Positions 28,581 through 41,605 of a stretch of 64,000 nt of DNA are shown one piece after another. Below the pieces are notes generated by a model. It ran no database searches. It was not told the origin of the DNA and saw only the letters and a list, made by a program, of their open reading frames with translations. Origin of the DNA: Octopus vulgaris. Its lineage: Eukaryota. The stretch covers positions 9,300,001-9,364,000 of the forward strand of contig OX597830.1 in the NCBI GenBank assembly GCA_951406725.2, given 5' to 3'. A program made the position numbers and the translations under genes. Every line of letters begins with the position of its first letter. Position 1 is the first letter of the stretch.

Positions 28581-28966
28581 CAATTCGACAGTAAAGTAGA
28601 TAACTCATTTAAAAACAAAATTACCTTTCTCCAATTCGTAGGTTTCTTGTGACGGACTGGTGTCCGGTCCAGGAAGGAATATATACATCAAAGAAACCAA
28701 GAAAACCAGCCCAATGCTTCTTATGGAATAATATGGACTAATCTGTTGGTAAGTTTGTTGATGAAGTTGCCACTTTAAGAAAACAGCAAATGTTTTTTAT
28801 TTGCTTTGTAACTTATTTTGCTTCGGGAGAATTGTGCTACGGCGCAGGCGTGGCTGTGTGGCAAGAAGCTTGCTCCACAACCACATAGTTCAAGGTTCAA
28901 TCCCTGTGTGTGGAACCTTGGACAAGTGACATGTACTATAGCCTCGGTCCGACCAAAGACTTCTCA

Positions 28967-29256
28967 GAGGGTCCCAGCTGATACGATCAACGGAACAACT
29001 TGCTCGTGAAAGTGACTGAGCAATTCACAGACACACGTACCCATAACGTAGTTCTCAGGGAGATTTCAACGAGACACAGAGTGTGACAAGGCTGGTCCCT
29101 TGAAATACAGGTAGTACTCATTTTTGCCAGCTGAGTGGACTGGAGCAACGTGAGATAAAGTTTCTTGCTCAAGGACATAACGCGTCGCCAGGAATCGAAC
29201 CCACGTCCTTGGAATCTTGAGTCGAATGCCCTAACCACTAAGCCACGCGCCTTCAC
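28967..29256 (-). mobile_element. Family C SINE (a family A head lies at 28841-28960, +)
   Basis: Reverse-complement homology to 2969-3285. Confidence 0.8.
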
Positions 29257-29333
29257 TATATATATACATATATATGTATATATACACACACATATATATA
29301 TATAGATACATATATATACATATATATATATAT

Positions 29334-29440
<107 letters not shown>

Positions 29441-29447
29441 AATATAC

Positions 29448-29483
<36 letters not shown>

Positions 29484-29805
29484 GCATACATATATGTATA
29501 CATAATCATACATATATAAATCAAATCTGGATAGAGAAACATCCGTGAGGTCATGTCCACATACATAACATACATACACACATAAATATATAAAGACACA
29601 CACACACACACATACACACATACATACATACATACATACATACATACGTACATATCCATTCTTACATACAGACCGTTACATACGTATATATGTACGAATG
29701 TATAGTATATGTGTATGTGAGTGTGTGTGTGTGTGTGTGTGCGTGTGTGTATTCTCTAATTTTCCGTGTGGTATGTTTTCGACCCTTGAAATGCACACAC
29801 ACACA

Positions 29806-29864
<59 letters not shown>

Positions 29865-29899
29865 ATATATATATATATCGTCTACTGACGGTAAATAAG

Positions 29900-30383
29900 A
29901 TAGGTGTTTAGCTGTGTTGGAAATGTTGAAATGCTGATCCCCTCATGGGCCTTGATGAATGGTTACAGAACTTAGTGTCATACTCCTACAGTTTAACTCT
30001 CATAGAATGCTCTGTTTCGTTGCATGTTTCGAAGCTTTGTCCTTGATTGGAAATTCAGTTGGATGGTTTGGCTAGACCAAAAATTGTTTACACATTTTAC
30101 TCATCACAGACGGACGTCCGCTATCACGTGCGTATTTTATAAGGGAATTCACAACGATAGGGTGTTTACCGTGGCAAAATACTTTCGTAAGAATGTCTGA
30201 GACCACGAGATACTTAAATATGCGAGACCACAAAATGCTTAAATGCGTAGGTGTGGGAAAGAGTTTTCTGCTTTAGAGAGATATTCCGAACGGAAATGTC
30301 GGAAGCATGAGGGCAGAGCCATAGTCAAGGTTAGAGATCTCCTGGTATTAGAAATAATAACAAAATAAAAATAAAACAATGCA

Positions 30384-30385
<2 letters not shown>
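29900..30385. repeat. Unclassified dispersed repeat, copy 1 (copy 2 at 32110-32580)
   Basis: Shared blocks GTTTAGCT.TGTTGGAAATG, GACGGACGTCCGCTATCACGTG and CGGAAATGTCGGAAGCATGAGGGCAGAG; both end near (TA)n. Confidence 0.85.
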
Positions 30386-30431
<46 letters not shown>

Positions 30432-30434
30432 GTA

Positions 30435-30900
30435 TATATAATATAAAATCAGTTCTGTCTGTCTGTGTGTGTGTCTTCTAGGATCTACGGCATCCTCCAT
30501 CCGATTGCGCACAAATTTGATATGCCGATACCGACGGTATGTGTATAAGTCTTGAAAAAACTATAAAAATCGATTCCAGGTGAGAATGCGATGGATAAAG
30601 CCGTGGGAACGTGCATTTGTACGCGCAAGTACATCAGCTGTTGCGATCGATACAACGCGTACGCGAGAAAAATGCACGAGCAGTTTGCCCCCAAAAAGCC
30701 GGTTGGCTTGAAATTATGCCACAAAATGCTGTATATTTAAGAGACCAAAAAAGCAAGATGCAAAAGAGATATTTCCTTCAAACTTGGCATGAAGGAAGGA
30801 AAGACTATTTGGTTTCCTAAGAAGTTTTTTTTGCCTTAACTTCGTTTAACAAAATCAAAAATTTTATTGAAATAATGCCATGCTTAATTATTTTTTAATG
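30435..30900 (+). mobile_element. Helitron-like 5' portion
   Basis: TATATAATATAAAATC...GTCTGTCTGTGTG...CCGATT...CAAATTT resembles the 5' end of the Helitron at 21367; no 3' CTAG seen. Confidence 0.45.
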
Positions 30901-31154
30901 AAAAGAAAACACCGATTTCTTTTTATTCAGCAGATATGATTCAGCACCGTCCATTATACTGGGTGGGGGTGGGGCGTATTGCTCGTATATATATATATAT
31001 ATATTTGGATAAAACACGGGTTGATCATTGTCGTAGCGTAGCATTTTCCAATCATCCGTCTTGTGGTCAGTGTTGAAAATATGGGAAGGGCCAGGATGAA
31101 TGTGCGGGTGTCTGTGAAAGAGATATCCTATGACATACACACACAGATATTATT

Positions 31155-31368
31155 TTATTTGTTTCACTCATTTGACTGTGACCATGCCGAAGCACCGCCT
31201 TTAGTTGAACAAATCGACCCCAGAACTTATTCTTTGTAAGCCTATTGCTTATTTTATCGGCGTCTTTTGCTGAACCGCTAAGTTACGGGGGTCATAAACA
31301 CACTAACATCAGTTGTCAAGCGATGGGAGGGTGGGGACAAACAAAGACACACAAACATATACACACAG

Positions 31369-31437
<69 letters not shown>

Positions 31438-31597
31438 CGACTGGCTACTTTCAGTTTCCGTCTACCAAATCCACTCACAAGGCTTTGATCGGCCCTATGC
31501 TATAGTAGAAGACACTTATCCAAGGTGCCATGCAGCGGGAGTGAACACGGAGCTAAGTGGTTGAGAGTCAAGCTACTTACCACACAGCCACTCCCGA
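31155..31597 (-). mobile_element. tRNA-derived SINE (family A)
   Basis: Homology to family A; internal (TA)n. Confidence 0.82.
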
Positions 31598-31861
31598 CGT
31601 GTTTCATTTTAATTATTTCTATTAATTAATTATTTCTAAGTAAGCAACTCTTCTAAATATCTTCTAAAACTCTTCTTTTGTAAGGGACAGCAGAAGTTTT
31701 AAATATATAGAATATATGCCCAGCCGTCACTCTCGAGCATGGTAACATTTTATGCTTTCGATCTTTGGTGTTGGTGCCTATGTGGTCATAGCAGGCAACG
31801 TAGATACATTTGTTTGCCACCACAGTCTTGACCCAGTTATACATCCAAGGTACTACAGAAT

Positions 31862-31936
<75 letters not shown>

Positions 31937-32109
31937 GGGAGTTGTACTAGCAACCCGGTGAGTGAATGGTGCAATGTGAAACGAAATGTCTTGGTCAAGG
32001 ACAGAACGTGCCACCGGTTTGAGGGACTGAACTTTCGACTGCTTAATCGTGACACCATCAACTTAACGACTGGGCCATGCGCCTTCATCTAGCAGAAAGG
32101 TCACCCTAA

Positions 32110-32580
32110 ATGAAATAAGTGTTTAGCTATGTTGGAAATGCTGAGATGCTGATCCTCTCATGGGCCTTGTTGATTGGTACCAGAACTTAGAATCTGGTTC
32201 ACTGGATTTAGAGGATTTGAAGCCTGGTCTTTCATTGGAAATTCCATTGGGGAGGTTGGCTAGAACCAAATACTGTTTACACGTTGCAGTCATCATGGAC
32301 GGACGTCCGCTATCACGTGGGTATTTTAAAAAGGGGATTCTCAACGACGAGGGATGTTTACTCTGGCAAAATAGCTTTTTTTTTTAATGAGAATATCCGA
32401 AGCATGATCACAAGATATACTTAAAGAGGAGATGAGTAGGTGTGAGAAAGGGGATTTTTCTGTTTTAGAGAGATATTCCAAACGGAAATGTCGGAAGCAT
32501 GAGGGCAGAGTCAAGGTTAGAGATCTCCTAGTATTAGAAATAATAACAAAATAAAAATATGATAAAGTAAACAAAAGACA
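32110..32580. repeat. Unclassified dispersed repeat, copy 2
   Basis: Direct repeat of 29900-30385. Confidence 0.85.
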
Positions 32581-32717
32581 AACAAAACAGAAGAGAAATG
32601 AACTAAAAAACGAGCAGTTAGTACAGTAACAAATTCATATATATATATGTACATATATACATATATATATATATGTATATATATATATATGTGTATATAT
32701 ATATATATTTATTTATA

Positions 32718-32784
<67 letters not shown>

Positions 32785-32815
32785 TTATAAACACACACAT
32801 ATATATATATATATA

Positions 32816-32855
<40 letters not shown>

Positions 32856-32873
32856 CATATATTTATTTATAAA

Positions 32874-32910
<37 letters not shown>

Positions 32911-33573
32911 CAACTATTTATATGCGCGTGTATGTATTTATATATATGTGTGTGTATATGTGTATCTTCCTTTATTTTTTTTTGTATTTATATTTTATAT
33001 GACTGTATAAATATGTGTGCGTGAAAGTGTGTATATACGTAAGTGTTTATAATGATTTTGGAGTGGAAGATGACAAAAATATTTTGGGAAGAGGAAATCT
33101 TTCTAAACATTTGTGAAAAATATGAGAAGTACATCTCGTAGACAAACAAAAATATTTCTGGTTATTGGTGAACGCCTAAATTGGTAAGAACGAGCGGTTC
33201 CTGAGGAAAGGAATTCCTGGCAATTATTAGAAACTTGACGTAAATGATGAGCAAAAACCTTTAAAGAGAAACTCAGGGTTTTTCCGATTAAGGAAATTTA
33301 AATACTGAAGAGGAAGTTGGGGGAATCTGAAAATAAATATGAGAAAAATGTCATCTTGACATTGAGGATATGCACTGAATATCTGGACTGTGTGACTGCT
33401 TGATGTAACTGAGTGTAACTGTGAGTTTAACCATGTGGTGGTATGACAGCAACCGTGTGACCGTGCATCTCTCATTTGTGAGCGTGTATCTGTAATCGTG
33501 TGTGACTGTCACAGAGTGGTCGAGCGACTGTGTTACTTTTACTGCGTGCCTGTAATCGAGTGATTGTCTGGGT

Positions 33574-33774
33574 CAGTGGTTTTCAACCAGGGTTCCGCCA
33601 GTACAGTGCAGGGGTTCTTCAAGAAGTTACAAAACTGCTAAAATCGGCAGTAATTTTAAAGTCTCCTGTGCAGATATGTGTGCATAAGACTATTAAATTA
33701 TTGCACAGGGGTTCCTCGAACCAGTGGAATGTTTCCTTGGGGTTCCGCTCCAGCAAAAAGTTTGAAAAGCACTG
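33574..33774. mobile_element. hAT (Charlie-like) MITE
   Basis: TIRs CAGTGGTTTTCAACC / GTTTGAAAAGCACTG; perfect 8-bp TSD GTCTGGGT at 33566-33573 and 33775-33782. Confidence 0.92.
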
Positions 33775-34741
33775 GTCTGGGTAACCGTGCGATTGCGTGA
33801 TAGTACGCATGAGACTTTATGAGTGTAACCGTATAATTGTGATGTTAACCTTGTGGCTATGTGAGTGTAACTATGTGACAGCCGCCTGAGTGAACGCTGT
33901 GACTGCGTGATTGTAACCATGTAACTGACTGTGTGTTTGTAGCCGTGTGAATGTGTTCTTGTGCGACTGTGCGACTGTAACAGTGTGATTGTGTTACTGT
34001 AACTTTGTGTGACTCTGTTTTTATAACCGTGTGATCATGTAACGAACTTTGTGACCCTGTAAGTGCAACCATGTGATTGCGTGACTGCTTATGTAACAGT
34101 ATTGTTGTAACAGTGAATCTAATCGACTCGGTGTTTATGTTACAATGTAACTTCAGCGATGACGAGATGAGTGTCACTGCGTGACTTTTTAGCAGTGTGT
34201 GTCTGTGCATTTGCGTATGTGAGCGTGTGTGTATGCGTGAGTATAAATGCACGTGCGTTGCTATGGGTGACCGTGACGATGTAACAATAAATCTATGTGA
34301 CACATTGTTTGCGCAGCTTTGACTGTAAGTCGATATGGCGAAATGACAGTGTTTGTGTAGTAGTGTGTGGTTATATGTGTTTGTGTATGTGTGTGTGTGT
34401 GTGTGTGCATGTGTGTGTGAACATTCCAGGCGATAGTGTGACTATATGTGTGTGTGTGTCTCTGTGTGAAGGAGAGTAACAGGAAATTATGGGTTCGGTT
34501 CTCGGACAAGGTGGTGCGTTGTATCCTTGAACAAGGTATTTCATTTCAAGCTGTTTCAGACTGCACAGCTGAAATGAGCACCATCACCAGCTGGAGGTTA
34601 ACTTTGAAGTTGTCTAGCGTTCCCTCTAGGGTGGGTGTCACGCATTCTCAACCAATGAAACATCAGTCTAATGCGTCTCTTGGCTCGAGACAGACTGTAA
34701 CCTTAAGGTACGATTTAATAGGAATATTTGGTTTCTCATCT

Positions 34742-35100
34742 GCTTACGGTGCAAGGAGCCATGGAAAGGTCAATGTTGGGAATCTCGCTAAGAGATCACA
34801 TCCGGAACGAGGAGATCAGGAATAGAACTGGAGTGAAGGATATTTCCACAGAATATCACGATGCAAAGCTACGATGGGCTGGTCATGTCGCAAGGCTCAC
34901 ATACGATCGGTGGACTTGTGCAGTTGTCAAGTGGTACCCACATGAGCAGAAGAAACCACACGGAAGACCGCCAATGAGGTGGGAAGATAATTTAAGAAAA
35001 ACATGGAGGGGAATGGTAGGAACATGAGGGGAATGGAGCGAATGTTGTAGCCAGCGGAGCCAACTGGGTACAAGACAGTCTGGCCAATCCAAGTGATCCA
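34742..35100 (+). mobile_element. 5'-truncated RTE-clade LINE
   Basis: AMERSMLGISLRDHIRNEEIR...KLRWAGHVAR...RWT...W.P...GRPPMRWED is the RTE ORF C-terminus. Confidence 0.88.
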
Positions 35101-36419
35101 GGGGATTTGGTTTCTATTTCTAGAAAGTCTATTGACAACGAAGTACCCTATAAAAAATTTCATCCGAGCCACGTGGATTTGAACACGTAACGCCTGATTA
35201 TGTATAAATTACTAAACTATAACTTGCAAAGCAATTTATTTTACCTGCTTTAATGTATGGTTAATTAATTAATCTACTTTCATACAGATATAAAATAATG
35301 AATAGTTTCTCTTTTCCAATTGTGAATGCTTAACAAATTTCGGTCTTTATTTTCGTTTTACAAATTTAAGAAAAGAAAAAAGAAAAACTAAAACACAAAA
35401 AATGAAAAAGAATGAACAGAAAATATACATGAAGACCCCCCCCCCGCTCCTCAAAAAAAAAATTGAATTAATAAAAAACTCAAAACAGCACAAAACTAAC
35501 ACAAAATTTCTGGAAACTTCATGCAATAATCTGAATGACTTGGAGGAGTGGATGATATTTTCTTAACAATACATACAACTGCTTCCAGTTCTCATCTTTT
35601 TCTACTTGATTTTCTAAAAAAAAAAAGGTCTTTGGAAAAGATAAAAATAAATAAATTATTAAACAAATAAATAAAAATAATGTTAGCCAGAGAAAAACTC
35701 CGCAGTTAGTTCAGTTGTGAATTAAAATAACATCACGCCCTAATTTTCTTTTTTCTATCCCGCCATTTTGTTTTTCATTCACCATGTAGAGCAGACGCCA
35801 TTTTGAATCTTTCGTTTTCTTTTCCTCTTTTCTCTGTATTTATTTTTATTTTATTTTATTTTCTTTGTACCATTGATATTTTTATATAAATCTTTATATA
35901 AAACACTGCTTGTAGCATCAAGTGGATATTTTGTTTATCGCTCAGACTGTTTTGTTTCGAAGAATCTGTTAATGCAGCTGTAGAATCTTCCAGTCAAAAG
36001 AACAGGTTCCATCTCTATGAAGTCATTAGCACACATACACACACATAGATATAAACGCACATACACACACATATGCATACTTGTAAGCCACATATAGACA
36101 GTTAGACAGGCAGCCTGACAGAGAGACAGAGAGACAGCAACCGTTCTCCTTCTCTATTCAACTCAATGATAAATCCGACCGACATTTTGTGAAACGACAG
36201 TCGTCTGACAACCAATAAACTATGGCCACCTCGAGTGACTTTGATGTGTCACGAATCATTACCACTAGCTCTGTAGCGCAATATCGCAAATTGCGTACAA
36301 GACTAAGCACACACATACACACATACGCATGTGCATGTATGTATGTATGTATGTATATATATATATGTATGCATATGTATATATGTAAATGTATATATCT
36401 GTATATATATGTAATTATG

Positions 36420-36489
<70 letters not shown>

Positions 36490-36574
36490 GTATGTATATA
36501 TGTACATATATGTACACACATATATAGCGCAATATCGCAAATTGCGTAGAAAAAACCTGTGTGTATGCATATGT

Positions 36575-36627
<53 letters not shown>

Positions 36628-36726
36628 AATATGCGTATATCTATATATAGGCAAAAATACGTATATTTATATATCTGTGTGCGTGTGTATATATATTTAT
36701 ATATATATATGTATGTACACACACAT

Positions 36727-36765
<39 letters not shown>

Positions 36766-36766
36766 T

Positions 36767-36843
<77 letters not shown>

Positions 36844-37174
36844 CATATATGTATACATACAAAAATATATACATATAGTATATATATAGATATGTTGCAA
36901 TGTTGTTAAAAGGTTTTTGAGTCTCCAGGTTAGATAAGATAATAATAGAATAGAGAAAAACGGAAAATTTCGAGTGGAATATGTCAGCACTTTGCTCTGA
37001 TTCTGCTGTGCAATGATTTTGCGTAGACTCATTCTATTTGTAATTCTGAAGCTGTTCTGATGTGTTTTACAGTTGACAAACGTTTGGTAAATTACTGAGC
37101 GGCTGGACGTTCATGTGGAGCAAGGTCGACGGAGGGATGTCCAACAACCCAACCAATGCATATATATATATATA

Positions 37175-38435
37175 CAGGGTGTGGAAGAAAAACTTGGAAA
37201 ATAATAGATAATTCACCAAATTGTTTATATTACAACAACCAGCAACCTGACATAAATACAATTTTAACACAAGTTTATAGGGGTATAAAGAGACAATTAA
37301 TTCAATATGTCTGCCTTCATTATCCACCATAGCCTTCACACGCTACCTGATGGCGTTAAAACTCTTCATGACGAAGTACTCAGACATATTGTCCCACTCT
37401 TCTCTCAGGATTTGCTTAAAATGATCAAGACTTGGATGCGAAGTTCTGTTAGTAGAGTGCTCCAGTTTTCCCCATATGACATAGTCTGGCCTGGAAGAAA
37501 GCTAGAAGTTAGCAGGTCAATAATCGTCGAATTGGTCCTTGCAGAATTTCTGCGCTTTCTTCACGATATGGGCAGGAGAACCGTCTTGGGTTCACACATA
37601 ATTACCGTTGGAGTAGTTAGACTTCAGCCAAGACAAAACCTTATACCGCAGGACTTAATAATAAACGTCAAATCTCACCTTTTCCCAGACTTGTGAAAAT
37701 GGAGAGGCATCTTTTTCCGTCAGACGCTACGACTCTCAGTATCATGACTTGAGCTGGGGGCTTGGTCCTAAAGACTTCAGAAGGTGACTTAACGATGTAT
37801 CGATAATTGCGACGTTTTAAAACAGCATCAACGGTAAGGATATTTTCATCTGAAAAGATATTGAAGGTATGTCCATTGTGCTTCAGGTATCGCAACACTT
37901 TTGCGGTACTTTCATGCCTTTTAGCTTTCATTACATGAGTCAATAAGTGTCTCGGTGTCCTCACGCATGACCCTAGATGTAACTCAGTGTGTGCAGTATT
38001 TCTGATGGTCTTTGAATCAACTTGCATGCCAATGGACAGTTTTCTCATGGACGTTGCTGGGTCTTTCGAAATTTTGGCTTTGAGAGATATAAGAAATGCA
38101 TTATCCCGTATTATATTTACACCTCCAATTCCTTGCTTTCTCTTGATGCCGCAATATCCAGCATTCGGTTCTTAACGTTGTAGACAGTGCTCACAGTGCC
38201 CCGCCCCCAACAGTCTGAGCAATACGTATAATTGCAACCCCTGCACGAAGCAAATCTGCAATGCGTTGTCTCTTCGCTTCCTACGCAGACATCTTAGATC
38301 GTATGAGTGGAACTTCTGCTTAAATTAACTCTATGTACTTCCATCCTCAAATAGAAAACAATATCTTAGTATTTACGCTTGGGAATATATGAAAACTAAG
38401 GCTTCCAAAATATTCCAAGTTGTGCTTCTTCGCTC

Positions 38436-38437
<2 letters not shown>
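37175..38437 (-). mobile_element. Near full-length decayed maT-like transposon
   Basis: TIR pair CAGGGTGTGGAAGAAAAACTTGGAA / TTCCAAGTTGTGCTTCTTCGCTCTG between TA tracts; IFSDE, RTKPPAQVMIL.VVASDG motifs. Confidence 0.82.
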
Positions 38438-38498
<61 letters not shown>

Positions 38499-38500
38499 CT

Positions 38501-39389
38501 CAGGGTGCGGTGAATATATTGTCTAAATTACTTAAAAATGAAAATAACACTGACATGTCATTATAGCAGATATATTTACCAAAGTTGCATAAAAATACCT
38601 TGAAATACGAAAGTGTAAATTTATTCAATAAAAACGCCATTGACTTCAACCACAGCCTCCAGACGACTTCGGAATCTTCTGCAACTTTTCTGGACGGTCT
38701 CATTGTTTAAGTTGGTGAATGCTACCATAACCCTCGCCTTCAGTTCATCTTTGGTGTTACAAGGAGTTTTGTTGGTCTCCCGCTCAACTGCACCCCGCAC
38801 ATAATAATCAAGGAGGTTGCAGTCTGGGGAGATAGGTGACCAGTCGTTAGGGATAATGTGGTCGCAGAAATTGCCTGACAGCCATGACTGGGTCCTCCTG
38901 CTCGTGTGGCATGCTGCAGAGTCCTGTTGCCAGACACAGGGTCTTCCAGTACGCACCCTCTTCAGCCAGAGAAGCATTACCTCCTCCAGGCACTTGATAT
39001 AGGACTCCGTGTTGTGTGTGAAGTCGTGTGGAAAGATGAATGGAGACATAACGTAGCCATCACTAGGGATCACTCCAGGCAACATAATGTTGACTGGGTG
39101 TTTGATTTTTTATCACTCTCAGTACATGTTTTGGAGACACTGCATGCAAACGGTTGTTCTGTGTTTTCATCGTCTGTTCGTTTTGGAAATTCCGGCGAGA
39201 ATGTCAAGCAGTACAGCATGTCGTTTCCAAATTTCTGACAGAGTGAATTGCGTCATGGTGCTGTTTTTCTTACAGACGGTACCCAACTGATCCTACTACA
39301 CTGTGTAGTTGATAAAATCAAAAACAAACAATGCGCGCATGCATGAAAGGAAAAATATAAAATGGTGATAATTTACCCATTGCACCCTG
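38501..39389 (-). mobile_element. Internally deleted maT (DD37D) transposon
   Basis: TIRs CAGGGTGCGGTGAATATATTGTC / GATAATTTACCCATTGCACCCTG; ORF 38621-39085 has WQQD and SPDCNLLD with 37 residues between the 2nd and 3rd D. Confidence 0.9.
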
Positions 39390-39393
39390 TATG

Positions 39394-39500
<107 letters not shown>

Positions 39501-39614
39501 CGATAGATAGATATATAGATAGATACATACATAACTGTCAATTAGGACAACAGACACTAAGGCAAGGCAAACATCTCAAGTCGTATACAATATTATTATC
39601 GGAAAAAGTTCAAA

Positions 39615-39670
39615 GTCTTACAGCTGTTTCTGGGATATCCTCGAGTATGGGATATTCCGTCATCAGAGAC
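39615..39670 (-). ncRNA. Type-I hammerhead ribozyme
   Basis: GUCU-CUGAUGA-C-GGAAUAUCC-CAUACUCGA-GGAUAUCCC-A-GAAA-CAGCUG-UA-AGAC: 4-bp stem I, long stem II, palindromic stem III, GUA site. Confidence 0.75.
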
Positions 39671-39897
39671 AAATAGGGAAAATGAGATTGGTATATATTA
39701 ATGAGATGATGACATAGAGGAAGGGTGTAAATGAATAAGCAGATGGAAAGAAAGAAAAAAAAAAGAAGCATAACAGTTCATAGTTCAACTTTCCGAAGTT
39801 ATAGAAACAAGAGCATGAGTCCTTAAGTGCAATCCTGCGTCGATCCAGGTGGGTTAAAATCCTGATATATTAGACATCTCGAGAAAAAAGACGCGAA

Positions 39898-40059
39898 GGC
39901 GCAGGAGTGGCTGTGTGGTAAGTAGCTTGCTAACCATCCACATGGTTCCGGGTTCAGTCCCACTGCGTGGCATCTTGGGCAAGTGTCTTCTGCTATAGCC
40001 CCGGGCCGACCAATGCCTTGTGAGTGGATTTGGTAGACGGAAACTGAAAGAAGCCTGTC

Positions 40060-40125
<66 letters not shown>

Positions 40126-40335
40126 ATGTGTTTGTGTGTCTGTCTTTGTCACCCTAGCATTGCTTGACAACCGATGCTGGTGTGTTTACGTCCCCGTCAC
40201 TTAGCGGTTCGGCAAAAGAGACCGATTGAATAAGTACTAGGCTTACAAAGAATAAGTCCCGGGTTCGATTTGCTCGACTAAAGGCGGTGCTCCAGCATGG
40301 CCGCAGTCAAATGACTGAAACAAGTAGAAGGGAAA
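39898..40335 (+). mobile_element. tRNA-derived SINE (family A), full length
   Basis: A box TGGCTGTGTGG, B box GGTTCAGTCCC, TTGGGCAAGTG core, internal (TA)n(TG)n, 3' tail. Confidence 0.88.
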
Positions 40336-41358
40336 AGAGAAAACATATCAACGTTCTTGGGTATTGCGAGGTTCGTTAATGTACACACGACCCTTTATTT
40401 AGCCACACAGGATAATAAGATCTGGTCCAGTTAGATCAGTAACAGTGAGAGACAAGTCGAAATCTGAAGTCCTTGAAATTATTCTTTCACCAAACAAGTT
40501 TCTTGGAAGCTGCATAGTCTCTCTCTCCGTTTGCCCTTTGTGCAGCTGCTCCATCTTGGCAGCTATTCATTCCATACGGCTACCCAGTATTGTGGTGACA
40601 ATATGTACCAGTTGAGTACTGGTGCAGACCCTTAAGCGGGCAACATTTCTGGTAACAGGCACCAGTCAACGCCTATGCGTTGTCCTGTCATCCTCGAAGA
40701 AGTAAGATCCGATTACTTTCTCCGAAGTCACCCCCACAACAAAGCGTGACTTTGAGTGGATGCAATCGACGGTGATGGGAAACTGTCGGATTTTCATTTC
40801 ATCAGAATCTGCTCTTTGATTATTGAGGAATACATTGAGGTGGCAATGGACACAATCGCCCATGATAATTTTGCGAAGAAATTCATTGACGTCTCATGCT
40901 ATATCGCTATATCTTGAAAACGAACAGCGTAATTCTGTTGCCGGTGGCAATCTGACGGTTTTATATTTTGCGCTAATTGCTCTTGTGCAAATCATTTTGA
41001 AATCGCTGCAAAGAGGTTCTTGAGTATATCGAGCTGACAGGAACGGCCTCTAGTGGAGGCTTTTGAATTTTACTGAATGCTTTGCTCAACGTGATTTTTG
41101 TTTTCCGGGGCTTGGGTGGAACATATTCTCCCAACTTGCGGCAAGTCCACTGCAGAGTCCAGCTTTTGGAAACACGATGAGTTAAGGGAATGAATGCCGA
41201 GTTAGCGGGCAGCTCCTCCACACTGTAATGGCTCACAATGAAACATATATTTTCAAAATAAAATTCTGCAAATTTTCTTTCGTTGGGTCGTGCGATATTT
41301 CCCCATAAGAAATTACCAGGGGTTCATGTTTTAATATCTGATATAAAATAAAAAATAA

Positions 41359-41605
41359 AAGGTGTTTATAAGTAATTTCAGAAACACACCAAAACAGTTA
41401 GATTCACTTCAACATTTAAATTTAATTTGCCAAAATATTTTCGTCGCTTTGAGACCGCGACCTGTTCACTGACGAAATTCCGTGCTGCATCTCAGTGAAC
41501 AGGTCGCGGTTTCAAAGCGACGAAAATATTTTGGCAAATTAAATTTAAATGTTGAAGTGAATCTAACGGTTTTTGTGTGTTTCTTAAATTACTTATAAAC
41601 ACCTT
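41359..41605. repeat. Near-perfect palindrome, about 114-bp arms, 19-nt spacer
   Basis: 41359-41472 versus 41492-41605. Confidence 0.92.
41424..41479 (-). ncRNA. Minimal type-I hammerhead with G3:C8 core variant (second copy on + at 41492-41540)
   Basis: AAUUUCGUCA-GUGAACA-G-GUCGC-GGUCUCAAA-GCGAC-GAAA-AUAU-UU-UGGCAAAUU. Confidence 0.55.
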
